Positions 46,923-57,193 are shown, counted from the first letter of the stretch. The stretch: 64,000 bases of DNA from Candidatus Latescibacterota bacterium (GCA_965200315.1 OZ241362.1:1056001-1120000), one strand, 5' to 3'. Numbers and translations are program-made. Notes: generated by a model not told the origin, from the sequence alone.

Positions 46923-47957
46923 ATGACCTCTTCGATGACCAGCCGCGAGCGCGTACTCGCCGCCCTTGCCCGCGAGCCTGTGGATCGCACCCCACTCTGC
47001 AACCCAACCTCGTTGGCCACCGTCGAATTGATGGACCTCGTCGATGCCCCCTTCCCCGCGGCCAATCGCGAGCCGGAGCTTATGGCGCGGCTGGCCGCCA
47101 CCGGCTACACCGAGCTGGGCTTTGACACCATCATGCCAGTCTTCACCATCATTCAAGAGTCCTCGGCCCTCGGGTGCAAAATCCAGTGGGAGCAGAAGGA
47201 CAACTGGCCCACCGTCCGCATGAGTCAGCCGATCTGGGACGAACCTGACGACATCAAAATCCCCGCCGACCTCTGCACCCACCCCGACACGGCCTGCGTC
47301 ACTGAGGCGATCAAAATTCTGCGCAGGGAATACGGCGACGAAGTCGCCATCGTCGGCAAGACCATGGGGCCTTGGTCGCTGGGTTACCACTGCTTCGGAG
47401 TCGAACCTTTTCTGCTGCTGTCGCTCGACGACCCCGGCAAGACCAAGCTCTGCCTCGACCGCATGAAAGAGATCACCATTGAGTTCGGGCAGGCGCAGAT
47501 CGAGGCCGGGGCCGACGCCCTGACCCTGCCCGACCACGCTACCGGCGACCTCGTCAGCGGCGAGTACTATGAGCGCTACTTGCGCGATTTGCACATCGAG
47601 TTTGCCGAGCGGCTTTCGGTGCCCATCATCCTCCACATCTGCGGCCGCACGGTTGACCGCATGGAGTACATCGCCCAAACCGGCATGGCGGCCTTCCACT
47701 ACGACTCCAAGAACACGCCCGAGGAATCCGTCCAAATCGTGCGCGACCGCATCTCGTTGGTAGGCAATATCAACAACCCCGAGACCCTCTTTGCCAAAGG
47801 GCCAGAAACCGTCGGCGCGGAAGTTGTGCGCAACCTCGAAGCCGGCGTCCAGCTCATCGGCCCAGAGTGCGCCATCCCCTTGCAGACCTCCATCGAAAAC
47901 CTCAAAACCATCCCCCGCACGGTGCACGAGTGGCACCGCGACCAAGATCGCAACTAA
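46923..47957 (+). CDS. MtaA/CmuA-family (UroD fold) Zn-dependent corrinoid methyltransferase
   Basis: MTSRERVLAAL...DRTP, GKTMGPWSL, AQIEAGAD, ILHICG, GNINNP, GPECAIP. Confidence 0.88.
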   Translation: MTSSMTSRERVLAALAREPVDRTPLCNPTSLATVELMDLVDAPFPAANREPELMARLAATGYTELGFDTIMPVFTIIQESSALGCKIQWEQKDNWPTVRMSQPIWDEPDDIKIPADLCTHPDTACVTEAIKILRREYGDEVAIVGKTMGPWSLGYHCFGVEPFLLLSLDDPGKTKLCLDRMKEITIEFGQAQIEAGADALTLPDHATGDLVSGEYYERYLRDLHIEFAERLSVPIILHICGRTVDRMEYIAQTGMAAFHYDSKNTPEESVQIVRDRISLVGNINNPETLFAKGPETVGAEVVRNLEAGVQLIGPECAIPLQTSIENLKTIPRTVHEWHRDQDRN

Positions 47958-47970
47958 AAGAAGAGACCCT

Positions 47971-48726
47971 ATGGCAGACATCACCGACATCGCCAACGAA
48001 TTTATCCACGACGAGATCGAAGAGTTCATCGAGCGCGACGAAGAGCGCGAGCGCATCATCAATCTCTTCGCCCAAGCCAGCGAGCAGATGCAGAACATCG
48101 CTGCGGCTCTCATCGACGGCGACCACCTAACGGTTGACGAATTGACCGGCCAAGCCATTGCCGCGGGCGTGGAGGCCCTCGAAGTCATGGACGACGGACT
48201 GATCGCCGGCATGGCCATCGTCGGCATCAAATTCCGCGAAAACTTTATCTTCGTCCCCGAAGTGTTGGCTTGCGCCCGCGCCATGAAGGCTGGCATGACC
48301 CACATCGAACCCATTCTCTCGGCCTCGGGCGTCGATCCCATCGGCATTGTGATCATGGGCACGGTCAAGGGCGACCTTCACGACATCGGCAAAAACTTGT
48401 GCATCATGATGCTGCGCGGGGCCGGTTTCGTCGTCCACGACCTAGGCGTAGATACCTCCGAAGACGAGTTCATCGACGCCGTCGAAGAGCACCAAGCCCC
48501 GCTCTTGGGCATGTCGGCCCTGTTGACCACCACCATGCCCAACATGGGCAAGACCATCGAGGCCTTCATCGACGCCGACTTGCGCGACGACGTCAAAATC
48601 ATGGTCGGCGGCGCGCCCGTGACTCAGGAATTTGCCGACGACATGGGGGCCGATGGCTACGGCAAGGACGCCCTCGCCTGCGTGGCCTTGGCCAAGGATT
48701 TGCTGAGCGAAGTTGAGGACGAGTAG
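47971..48726 (+). CDS. Corrinoid (B12-binding) protein, MtaC/MttC-like, with acidic N-terminal extension
   Basis: FVPEVL..ARAM, GTVKGDLHDIGKN, GMSALLTTTM, VGGAPVT. Confidence 0.93.
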   Translation: MADITDIANEFIHDEIEEFIERDEERERIINLFAQASEQMQNIAAALIDGDHLTVDELTGQAIAAGVEALEVMDDGLIAGMAIVGIKFRENFIFVPEVLACARAMKAGMTHIEPILSASGVDPIGIVIMGTVKGDLHDIGKNLCIMMLRGAGFVVHDLGVDTSEDEFIDAVEEHQAPLLGMSALLTTTMPNMGKTIEAFIDADLRDDVKIMVGGAPVTQEFADDMGADGYGKDALACVALAKDLLSEVEDE

Positions 48727-48730
48727 CGGT

Positions 48731-48901
48731 GTGCAGATTGTCTTTCGAGCTATGAAAGAGGCCCCCAATGGCAACCCTCTAACGGGACGGTCAGCGAGAA
48801 CATTGGGCGTTCGCATCTGCGGGCCGCGAATCGACATCCCCATTCGCGCCGGAAGGGTCCACCCCCAGACAGGCGGAATGTCTGTAACTATACGATACTA
48901 A
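48731..48901 (+). pseudogene. Truncated Tse2-like ADP-ribosyltransferase-fold fragment
   Basis: VFRAMKEAPNGNPLTGRSARTLGVR...DIPI...VHPQTGGMSV, then an abrupt stop; resembles the R and S strands of ART toxins (recalled similarity). Confidence 0.45.
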
Positions 48902-49127
48902 AGAGAAGTGGGTGAAATATGAGTGATGCCCTCCAGTGCAAGCGATCTCTGAGAAGCGGATCTGATTTACATCCGTTGGAAATATGCAGGCTGAATTTGC
49001 CCCTCAAACAGCTTGCATCATGGGGCGGCTTGGTTGTTTGCGATCAGTCGTCGCACACAAAAATCAAATGGCCTGAATTAAAGGAGCTATAGGCTCAACG
49101 CAGATGCGCCCAGCCTCACAATAATCC

Positions 49128-51005
49128 ATGACCCAAATCGACCCCGCCGAATACCAAAAGCGCCTCGACCGCCTGTCGGGCATCCTCGCCGGCATCGCCA
49201 CCCACGCCGATGTGCAGGCCACCTTTCGCTGCCCTTATAAGAACCGCTTCGACCAATGCACCGCCCACTTCGGCTGCCGCAACCAGCGCAAGCCGCAAAA
49301 GCCGGGCGAACTGCTCCAATGCGGCAGCGACGACCAGCTCGACTACCGCTCGGCTTGGGAGTCGGCCCAACGCCCGGCCACGCCTAACCGCGGCCACATC
49401 CGCTGCGACAGCACCTCCTACCCGCTGTCCACCGGCGGCACCCTCTTCGACTACGCGGATCAGCTCGGCACCCGCGTACCCACTTCCTGTGGGCGCACGG
49501 GCCATTGCCACGAGTGCATCGTCGAAGTAACAAGCGGCGCGCAAGCCCTCAGTGCGCCAACGCCGGCCGAGGACTTCCTCGGCGGTGAATTCCGGCTCGC
49601 CTGCCAAGCCAAAGTCGAAGACGCCGATGTCGATATCGAGTTCGCACCGCTTTTTCGTACGCCCCGGATACTGACCCACACCGTGGAGCGCCCCGCCGAG
49701 CTCGATCCCGTAGTCCAGCGGCGCGGGCAAACCATCTACTACGGCGACGAGGAAATCGACCAATACCGCGGGCATCTCTACGGCCTAGCCATCGACTTGG
49801 GCACCACCACCATTGTCCTCGACTTAGTCGATCTGGAGACGGGCCAGAGCGTGCATTTGAGCGCGTTTGAAAACCCGCAGCGCTTTGGCGGCAGCGACAT
49901 CATGCACCGCATTTCCTACGATGGGCAACACCCCGGCGAGCTGCGCCAAGCCCTCGTCAAGGCACTCAACCACGAGATCGCTGATCTGTGCCGGCGCGGC
50001 GGCTTTGTGCGGCAGGAGATTTACGAGATCGTGGTCGCTGGCAACTCGACGATGCGCGACATCCTCTTCCGCCTCGACGTGCAGAGCATCGGTCAAAAGC
50101 CCTACAAATCGCGCATTGAGCACGAATACCTAAGCGGCGAACGCACCGCGACCAGCCTAGTCGAAAAGACCCGTCGCCTCGGCCTGAAGGCCAATCCCAA
50201 AGCGCGCGCGTACTCGCTGCCGCTGATCGCCAGCCACGTCGGCGCGGATGTAGCCGCCGACTTAGTCGCCGTTGATATGGACCTTTCCAGTGAGAGCGCA
50301 ATGCTGGTCGATGTGGGCACCAACACCGAAGTAGTAGTCGCGCACCAAGGTCGCCTCGTCGCGGCTTCCTGCCCGGCCGGCCCGGCCTTTGAGGGCGGTG
50401 GCATCACCTATGGGATGCCCGGCTGCGACGGAGCCATTGAATCTATCCGCTGGGACGGCGCACGTTGGCAGTGGGAAACCATTGGCGACACCACACCAGC
50501 GGGGCTGTGCGGCTCCGGGCTAATCGACCTCCTCGCCGAGTTGCGCCGCCACGATTTAATGACCCCCAAGGGCGTCTTCGCGGCCAAAAAGCGCCTGTTT
50601 GAGCTAGTACCCGAGCACGGCATCACCTTCTCGCGCCTCGACGCTTCCAACCTAGCCCAAGCCAAAGCCGCCAATTTCTGCGGTCAGTACATCGTCTTGC
50701 GGACCTTGGGCCTCAATCCGGGCGATGTGCAACAGCTCTACCTCGCCGGCGGCTTTGCCAACTACGTCGATGTTCAAGCCGCCATCGACATCGGCTTTTT
50801 GGCCCCCGTGCCCACAGCGCGCATCGCCAAGGTGGGCAATGCCGCCGCCCAAGGGGCGCGCGAAGTGCTGCTCTCCGCCGGCAAACGCGCCCGCATCGAA
50901 GCGCTGGCCAAGCGCATTGAGCACGTCGAATTAGAGACGACCCCCGACTTTTTTGAACTCTTCGTCGAGGGCTGCCAATTCAAACCCATGCCCGCCGCAC
51001 TTTAA
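49128..51005 (+). CDS. ASKHA-domain [2Fe-2S] reductive activator of corrinoid proteins (RACo/RamA, DUF4445)
   Basis: CGRTGHCHEC...RLAC, IDLGTTT, NPQRFGGSD, VDVGTNTE, AGPAFEG, GLCGSG, LAGGFA, VGNAA. Confidence 0.93.
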   Translation: MTQIDPAEYQKRLDRLSGILAGIATHADVQATFRCPYKNRFDQCTAHFGCRNQRKPQKPGELLQCGSDDQLDYRSAWESAQRPATPNRGHIRCDSTSYPLSTGGTLFDYADQLGTRVPTSCGRTGHCHECIVEVTSGAQALSAPTPAEDFLGGEFRLACQAKVEDADVDIEFAPLFRTPRILTHTVERPAELDPVVQRRGQTIYYGDEEIDQYRGHLYGLAIDLGTTTIVLDLVDLETGQSVHLSAFENPQRFGGSDIMHRISYDGQHPGELRQALVKALNHEIADLCRRGGFVRQEIYEIVVAGNSTMRDILFRLDVQSIGQKPYKSRIEHEYLSGERTATSLVEKTRRLGLKANPKARAYSLPLIASHVGADVAADLVAVDMDLSSESAMLVDVGTNTEVVVAHQGRLVAASCPAGPAFEGGGITYGMPGCDGAIESIRWDGARWQWETIGDTTPAGLCGSGLIDLLAELRRHDLMTPKGVFAAKKRLFELVPEHGITFSRLDASNLAQAKAANFCGQYIVLRTLGLNPGDVQQLYLAGGFANYVDVQAAIDIGFLAPVPTARIAKVGNAAAQGAREVLLSAGKRARIEALAKRIEHVELETTPDFFELFVEGCQFKPMPAAL

Positions 51006-51007
51006 CC

Positions 51008-52618
51008 ATGTCGCTGCCCGCGCTCCATCCACCCGCCCGCTACTCGGGGGCTTGGCAGAAGAAACCCCTGCGCCATTTGCTCAAAACCACCGACACCTTC
51101 GTCCACATCGTCGAGTTGGTGACCTCGCGGGGCTTAATCACCGAGCGCGACGGCCGCAAGGTCCTCGCCCTCGCCCGCCGCCTCGCCGAGCACCCGCAAT
51201 TCCACGCTCTGAGCATCACCGATAACCCCGGCGGCAACGCCATGATCAACCCGGACACCCTCGGCACCGACCTGATCTCGCGCGGCCAAGACGTCATCAT
51301 CCACCTCTCCTGCAAGGACTGGAACCGCAACGCGCTGCAAGGCCGCGCTTGGCAACTTGCCAGCGAGGGCTTCAACAACATCCTCGCCCTTTCTGGCGAC
51401 TACCCCATCAGTGGCTATCAGGGCACAGCCGGTGGGGTCTTCGACCTCGACTCGGTCGGCCTGCTCGAAATGTTCGCCGCCATGAACGCTGGCTTAAAAA
51501 TAAAAAAGGGCAAGCGGACTCAGCGCATGGAGGCCACGGATTTTTATCTAGGGGCCGTAGTCAATAACCACAAGCGCTACGAGCGCGAGGTCATGCCTCA
51601 GTACTTCAAGCTGGCCAAAAAAATCCACGTTGGCGCAGCTTTTGTCATCAGCCAGATCGGCTACGACGCGCGCAAGCAGGACGAGTTGCTCAAATACATG
51701 GCCTTGTGCGACCTCGAGGTCCCGGTCATCGCCAACGTGTACGTGCTCTCGCGGCCGGCGGCGCGCTTCTTTCACAAGGGTCACATTCCCGGGGTTGAAG
51801 TCACCGACAAATTGATGGCCGTCGTCGAAAAGCAGGCCCAAGCCAACGACAAGGGGCGGGCGTTCTTCTTGGAACTGGCCGCTAAGCAGTGCGCCATCGC
51901 CAAGGGCCTCGGCTACCGGGGAGCTTATCTCGGCGGGCACCTGCAATACGGCGACTACGAAAAAATCCTCGCTCTCGCCGCGACCTACTCGGAAGACGAC
52001 TGGCGCGACTTCGCCAAGGAACTCTGCTTTTCCTTTGCCGACGAATTCTACTTTTTTGAACCCGATGGCGACACCGGCCTCAGCTCAACGACCATCAACC
52101 GCGCGTACCTCGCCTCCAAGGAGCAAGCCGCCCTCCACCAAGCACGCGGCCGCCTGCCGCTGAGCTACAAGTTAAACCGCCGCATCCACGACCAAGTATT
52201 TGCGCCTGAGAGCGCGGGTTTTCGCACCGGTGCTCATCTCGCCCGCGCCCTAACCGAGCACCCCAAGGCCGCCAAGCTCGTCCACGCGGCCGAGCACGCG
52301 CTCAAAATCGCTGCTTTTGACTGCCGCGACTGCGGCGATTGCTCGCTGCCAGACATCGCCTACTTGTGCCCGGAATCGCAGTGCGTCAAAAACCAGCGCA
52401 ACGGCCCCTGCGGCGGCACACGCCAAGGCAAGTGCGAAGTCGGCGACAAGGACTGCATTTGGGCACGCGCGTACGACCGCCTCAAAGCCTATGGCGAAGA
52501 GGAACAGATGCTCGGCGACGCAGCCGTTATCAAGGACGCGGACTTACAGGGGACCAGTGCTTGGACCAACGCCTTTTTGCAAAAAGATCACCGTGGGAAG
52601 AAGAAAGATTCGCGGTAA
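51008..52618 (+). CDS. metF: Methylenetetrahydrofolate reductase with C-terminal Cys-rich (MetV/MTHFR_C) domain
   Basis: SITDNPGG, HLSCKDWNR, LALSGDYP, ISQIGYD; CRDCGDC...CPESQCVKNQRNGPCGG...CEV...CIW. Confidence 0.88.
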   Translation: MSLPALHPPARYSGAWQKKPLRHLLKTTDTFVHIVELVTSRGLITERDGRKVLALARRLAEHPQFHALSITDNPGGNAMINPDTLGTDLISRGQDVIIHLSCKDWNRNALQGRAWQLASEGFNNILALSGDYPISGYQGTAGGVFDLDSVGLLEMFAAMNAGLKIKKGKRTQRMEATDFYLGAVVNNHKRYEREVMPQYFKLAKKIHVGAAFVISQIGYDARKQDELLKYMALCDLEVPVIANVYVLSRPAARFFHKGHIPGVEVTDKLMAVVEKQAQANDKGRAFFLELAAKQCAIAKGLGYRGAYLGGHLQYGDYEKILALAATYSEDDWRDFAKELCFSFADEFYFFEPDGDTGLSSTTINRAYLASKEQAALHQARGRLPLSYKLNRRIHDQVFAPESAGFRTGAHLARALTEHPKAAKLVHAAEHALKIAAFDCRDCGDCSLPDIAYLCPESQCVKNQRNGPCGGTRQGKCEVGDKDCIWARAYDRLKAYGEEEQMLGDAAVIKDADLQGTSAWTNAFLQKDHRGKKKDSR

Positions 52619-52694
52619 GACTGCATTGTTGAAACCAGAGTAAACAGTGGGCTGTCTTGCGAGCTTGACGTAGCACAAACCATCAAATGAATAG

Positions 52695-53111
52695 ATGGCA
52701 GCCATCCACCACATCCGGTTATCAGTCTCCGATCTAGATACTTCGACGCGATTTTACTCGCCCTTACTAGAAGAGCTTGGATTCCGAAAGTTGTCCCCGC
52801 GGCTGACAGAGAAGGGCGAGATCGACAGATTGCGATTTGAGAGGAATGGGATGATCCTGCTGATCGGCCACACTACAGAAGCAGGCCGCTACGATAGGGC
52901 CAAGCCGGGGCTACACCATATCGCCTTTTCTGTCGATTCACGGGCAGAAGTTGAAAAAATCTACGAATACGAAGAGGTAATCAAGAACCTAGAGCATGTG
53001 AATGTCGAAGACCCACCTATCGACTGTCCAGAATACGGCGAGGGATACTACGCGACTTTCTTCTTCGACCCCGACGGTATCAAGCTCGAAGTAACGTACA
53101 CCCCAGAATAA
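52695..53111 (+). CDS. VOC/glyoxalase-family protein
   Basis: IHHIRLSVSDL, GLHHIAF, YYATFFFDPDGIKLE; lower GC than flanks. Confidence 0.9.
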   Translation: MAAIHHIRLSVSDLDTSTRFYSPLLEELGFRKLSPRLTEKGEIDRLRFERNGMILLIGHTTEAGRYDRAKPGLHHIAFSVDSRAEVEKIYEYEEVIKNLEHVNVEDPPIDCPEYGEGYYATFFFDPDGIKLEVTYTPE

Positions 53112-53132
53112 CTTGGAGCGGAAAACACTAGC

Positions 53133-53852
53133 ATGATTCGCGACGTGCTGAATGATCTTTTTTCCAAAAAGTTCCTTGATGACCACTTAGATGAATGGGG
53201 AATCGTAGAGCACTGTGACCATCTGACCTCGTTGGGCTATTCGACCACGATTACTCCTAGGACGATCTATGAGGCAGTTGACCGCAGCGCAGATGTAATT
53301 GTGACTCATCACGATGCCTGGAACTTCATGTTTGAGCAAAGGGATGAGGTTTGTGGCTTACTCCAAGACAAAGGCTTAACGCATATCTGGGCTCATCTGC
53401 CGTTGGATCTAGCAGACTTTGGAACATCGTCCACACTGCTCACCAAAATCGGGTGTCACCATGTTTATAAACCCTCAGCATGTGAGGCTCGCATCGGCAA
53501 ACTGCCTACCCCGACGAGCTTCCAATCGGTTTGCTCGACATTGAATTCGCTCCTTCAAGAGCAACCACGCAGCATGTATGACGCGAATCGAACAGTCCAA
53601 CGTATAGGTTGCGTCACTGGAGCCGGTATCTACACCAGCTACATTCGGGACGCCATGTCCCATGACATCGACATGTACCTAACTGGAGAAACCAATCTTT
53701 ATCTACTCGAATACGCTCGGCACCACGAACTCAACGTGGCGGTGTATTCCCACAACTACACAGAGTTGCCCGGCGTTGAGACGTTCGCACATAGGCTCTG
53801 TCGTTCTCTAAAACTTGAGATGAAAGGACACTTGGGGGACGCCCACTTCTAA
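53133..53852 (+). CDS. Nif3-like dinuclear metal centre protein
   Basis: IVTHHD, AHLPLD, GCVTGAG, YLTGE, SHNYTE; lower GC than flanks. Confidence 0.85.
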   Translation: MIRDVLNDLFSKKFLDDHLDEWGIVEHCDHLTSLGYSTTITPRTIYEAVDRSADVIVTHHDAWNFMFEQRDEVCGLLQDKGLTHIWAHLPLDLADFGTSSTLLTKIGCHHVYKPSACEARIGKLPTPTSFQSVCSTLNSLLQEQPRSMYDANRTVQRIGCVTGAGIYTSYIRDAMSHDIDMYLTGETNLYLLEYARHHELNVAVYSHNYTELPGVETFAHRLCRSLKLEMKGHLGDAHF

Positions 53853-54129
53853 TCGCAACCGAGAGGCATCGTCCTCAGAAACTAAGGCCCTGTGGTTGGA
53901 ACAATAAGAAGCTGGCTATGTTGGCTCCTCGTCCAAAAGTATGAGGACAACGGGGTTGACCAAGGGCAGGGGAGGCGATACCTTAAAAAAGTTTGGCTTC
54001 GTGGACGAAATGGCGGCGATTTTCTTGCCAGTAAATCGCATCCCATCCATAGAAGCCTATCTTATTTAACTTCGTGCAACAACGCCCGTCCTAAATCACT
54101 AATCCACGTACAAACAAATACGGAATCCA

Positions 54130-55158
54130 ATGAACATCCCCGGTACGGACCGTCCCTTCGTCGTCATCGGCGAAAACATCCACACCACCCGCGTCGTCTT
54201 GCGCAAGGGCAAGCTCATCGGCCCAGACCCCCAAGGCGTCGAATCAGTGCGCTTCCGCGATGCCAATAACAAGCGCCGCTTCCTCCAGATTCCCGAAGCA
54301 GTTAAAACAACCCAAGACTACGAGGAAGGCCGCGTCAAATACCTCAAAATCGCCGTGCAACAAGCCATGCTCGGCAACGTGGATGCCCTCGACTACCTCC
54401 GTCGCCAAGTACAGCGCCAAGAAGCGGCCGGCACCGATTTCCTCGACCTCAATGTCGATGAGATATCCCTCAAGCCCGCGGAGCGGCAAGAGGCCATGCG
54501 CTGGTTGGTACAGGCGGTATCGGCCATGTCGCAGACGGCACTGGCCATTGACTCCTCCCAGCTAGACACCCTCGCCGTCGGCCTCGAAGCCGGTGACGAC
54601 CACCCCCAGCGCCTACTGCTCAACTCCGCGTCCTTGGAGCGGCCTGAAGCCCTAGATCTGGCCAAACGGTACAACGCCCAAGTCATCATCACTGCGGCGG
54701 GCGAGTCCGGTATGCCACAAAATGCACAAGAACGGATCGATCACGCCCGGCAGATGGTCGACAAGGCCCTCGCCTTGGGGCTGTCGCTCGCCGACTTGTA
54801 CATTGACCCCCTGATCTTCCCCATCTCGGTTGATGCGCAATTCGGCCACCACGCTTTTGACGCCATCCGCCAACTGCGCGGCGAGTTAGGTGCCGAAATC
54901 CACATCACCGGAGGCTTCTCCAATGTCTCCTTCGGCCTGCCCTGTCGCCACTTGATCAACGATGTCTTCCTGCTGCTGGCCGTCGAAGCCGGTGCCGACA
55001 GCGCAATCATGGATCCGACTACCACCTCACTATCCGACCTCTTTGCCTTCGACCGCCAAGCCCGGCCCTACCAGCTAGCTGAGGATATGTTGCTGGGCCG
55101 AGACGAGTACTGCGCCGCCTTCCTGCGAGCCTATCGCAAGGGCGAACTCGCAGCCTAG
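54130..55158 (+). CDS. Methyl-THF:corrinoid methyltransferase (pterin-binding, AcsE/MetH folate domain)
   Basis: VIGENIH, LDLNVD, IDSS, LLNSAS, IDPL, GGFSNVSFGLP, DSAIMDP. Confidence 0.9.
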   Translation: MNIPGTDRPFVVIGENIHTTRVVLRKGKLIGPDPQGVESVRFRDANNKRRFLQIPEAVKTTQDYEEGRVKYLKIAVQQAMLGNVDALDYLRRQVQRQEAAGTDFLDLNVDEISLKPAERQEAMRWLVQAVSAMSQTALAIDSSQLDTLAVGLEAGDDHPQRLLLNSASLERPEALDLAKRYNAQVIITAAGESGMPQNAQERIDHARQMVDKALALGLSLADLYIDPLIFPISVDAQFGHHAFDAIRQLRGELGAEIHITGGFSNVSFGLPCRHLINDVFLLLAVEAGADSAIMDPTTTSLSDLFAFDRQARPYQLAEDMLLGRDEYCAAFLRAYRKGELAA

Positions 55159-55261
55159 TCCGTTGGTCATTTTTGGCCTTATCGCGTAGATTAAAAACTG
55201 AGCTTAGGGCGACCTTTGTCGCCATCGGTCCCGTAGATCGCCAACGGAAAGGAGGGTCAAT

Positions 55262-56188
55262 ATGCGAAACGACAGAATCTCTATTCTTGCTGCTCTGCTG
55301 TCGTTGACCCTCACCGCCTGCGGCGAAATATCCGATACCGAGTCGGTCGCCGAGTCGGTCGCCAATTTGAGCAAGGATCACACCGTCCACTCATTGGGCG
55401 GCCAACGCCCAGCCTTCTTGGTCCTCCCAGCCGATCACGACCCCAAGACGCCTATTCCGCTCGTCCTCAGTCTGCACGGCTTCACCAGCCATTTAGCTGA
55501 GCACGACCGCTATTTTGGTCTCTCGCAGCGGGTGAATGCTGAGCACTTCGCCCTCATTATGGCCAACGGTACGCACGACCCCGATGGCAGGCGCTTTTGG
55601 AACGCCACGGACTTCTGCTGCGACCTCCACAACACTCAGGTCGATGACGTGCAGTACCTTTCCGGGCTATTAGAAGAAGCCGCCACGCATATCGCCGTAG
55701 AGCGCATCTTCGTCCTCGGGCACTCCAACGGCGGCTTTATGTCCTACCGACTCGCCTGCGAAGGCATCCCGGGCTTAGTCGCCATTGCTAGCCTCGCCGG
55801 TACTTCCTTTAGCGACCCCTCCCGTTGCGCTTTTGCATCCCCAGTCTCGGTGCTGCAAATCCACGGCACAGCCGACAAGGTCATAGCCTACGACGGCAGC
55901 ACGGGTGAGCATGAGTACGCAGGCGCACAAGAAGTCGCGCTGCGCTGGGCGGCACTCGCCCGCTGCGACCTCACCGATCCAGAAACCCTTCCTCCGCTCG
56001 ACCTCGACCAAAAACTCGACGGCCCCGAGACGGTCCGCGCCCGCTACCGCACGGGCTGCCGCAACGACGTCACCATCGAGTTGTGGACCATAGAGCAAGG
56101 CGCGCACGTACCGAACTTTGCGCCCGACTTCGGCCAACGCTTGCTCAAATGGCTGTTCAGCGACTCCCGCGCCGACACCCTGTCCTAA
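55262..56188 (+). CDS. LpqC/PHB-depolymerase-like alpha/beta hydrolase lipoprotein
   Basis: Lipobox LTAC; LHG, WNATDFCC, GHSNGG, HGTAD, GAH; strong SD AGGAGG. Confidence 0.85.
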   Translation: MRNDRISILAALLSLTLTACGEISDTESVAESVANLSKDHTVHSLGGQRPAFLVLPADHDPKTPIPLVLSLHGFTSHLAEHDRYFGLSQRVNAEHFALIMANGTHDPDGRRFWNATDFCCDLHNTQVDDVQYLSGLLEEAATHIAVERIFVLGHSNGGFMSYRLACEGIPGLVAIASLAGTSFSDPSRCAFASPVSVLQIHGTADKVIAYDGSTGEHEYAGAQEVALRWAALARCDLTDPETLPPLDLDQKLDGPETVRARYRTGCRNDVTIELWTIEQGAHVPNFAPDFGQRLLKWLFSDSRADTLS

Positions 56189-56203
56189 GACGGAGACAAG
56201 CCT

Positions 56204-57193
56204 GTGTCCCTTTTCCTTCAGCGCCTTAATGACCCGCGGCCTCTCTTGTACGACGGTGGTTTTGGCTCCGAGCTTTTCGCCCGTCACATCGAACTAACCA
56301 ACTCCACCCTCGCCAACGAAAGCCATCCAGAGGCGGTCGTCGATATCCACACCGACTATATCACCGCAGGTGCTGACTGCATTGGCACCAACACCTTTGT
56401 CGCCTCTGAGTTACACCTCGCCATGGCCGATAAAGACCCGACTCAAGCCGGTGCGCTGGCCCGACGCGGGGCCGAACTGGCACAGCGCGCCCGGGAGCGC
56501 TGCGGACGTGACGTCTTCATCGCCGGCTCCATCGGCCCCTCCCCCGGGGCCATCGAAGCCGACGCAGGCAGTACGGATTTCGGCATCGCCAACGACAAGG
56601 TCCGCGCTGCACATCAGCGCATCATCGACGCGCTCTGCGAAGGCGGGGTCGATTTTTTCTCCGTTGAAACCCAGTTTTCAGCCGTCGAAGCGGCCATGGT
56701 CTGCGACATCGCCCGCCAGACCGGCCTGCCCATTGCCGTCAACCTCGCGCTCAAATACACGCAAGACCGCAAAAGCAAGCAGGTCGTCTATCGCACCGAT
56801 TGGGGACATTCGGTCGCCGACCTGTTGGACATGCTCGCCTCGGGCCAATACTCCAGCGGCGACAACCTCCTCGACCACGTCCACCTCGTCGGGATCAACT
56901 GCGGCGCTGAAACTCGGCGCAGCGAGCACACCGGCATGCCATACGCCCTCCACGGCGTTGAGCAGCTTAAGGCCGCCATGCAGGAGCGCGGCCTCGACAA
57001 GAAGCTGATGACCTATCCCAACGCCGGTATGCCGCAGCTCAACAGCGCCCTCCGCACCATCTACTCGCAAAGCCCCGAGGAAATGGCCACGTACGTCCCA
57101 TATTTAGCGGCGGCCGGCGTCCAGATCATTGGCGGCTGCTGCGGCACCACGCCGGAGCACATCCGCGCCTTTCGCCAAGCACTCGACTCATGA
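56204..57193 (+). CDS. Homocysteine S-methyltransferase domain protein (split MetH, N-terminal part)
   Basis: DGGFGSEL, TNTF, AGSIGP, GINCG, PNAG, GGCCGTTPEHI. Confidence 0.92.
   Translation: MSLFLQRLNDPRPLLYDGGFGSELFARHIELTNSTLANESHPEAVVDIHTDYITAGADCIGTNTFVASELHLAMADKDPTQAGALARRGAELAQRARERCGRDVFIAGSIGPSPGAIEADAGSTDFGIANDKVRAAHQRIIDALCEGGVDFFSVETQFSAVEAAMVCDIARQTGLPIAVNLALKYTQDRKSKQVVYRTDWGHSVADLLDMLASGQYSSGDNLLDHVHLVGINCGAETRRSEHTGMPYALHGVEQLKAAMQERGLDKKLMTYPNAGMPQLNSALRTIYSQSPEEMATYVPYLAAAGVQIIGGCCGTTPEHIRAFRQALDS

Noticed and set aside
46758-48368. 536-aa minus-strand ORF
   Set aside because: Antisense shadow of the MtaA and corrinoid genes, common in high-GC DNA; no motifs
48919-49092. 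57-aa ORF or DUF2283-like fragment (EADLIYIRW)
   Set aside because: Too short and interrupted to assign
53853-54129. Cobalamin/SAM/SAH riboswitch or attC site before MeTr
   Set aside because: Only a short GCGATTT/AAATCGC hairpin; no B12 box, SAM core or RYYYAAC/GTTRRRY pair recognised
55340-55363. 12-bp duplication (ESVAESVA) in the esterase
   Set aside because: Trivial in-frame duplication in a linker after the lipobox
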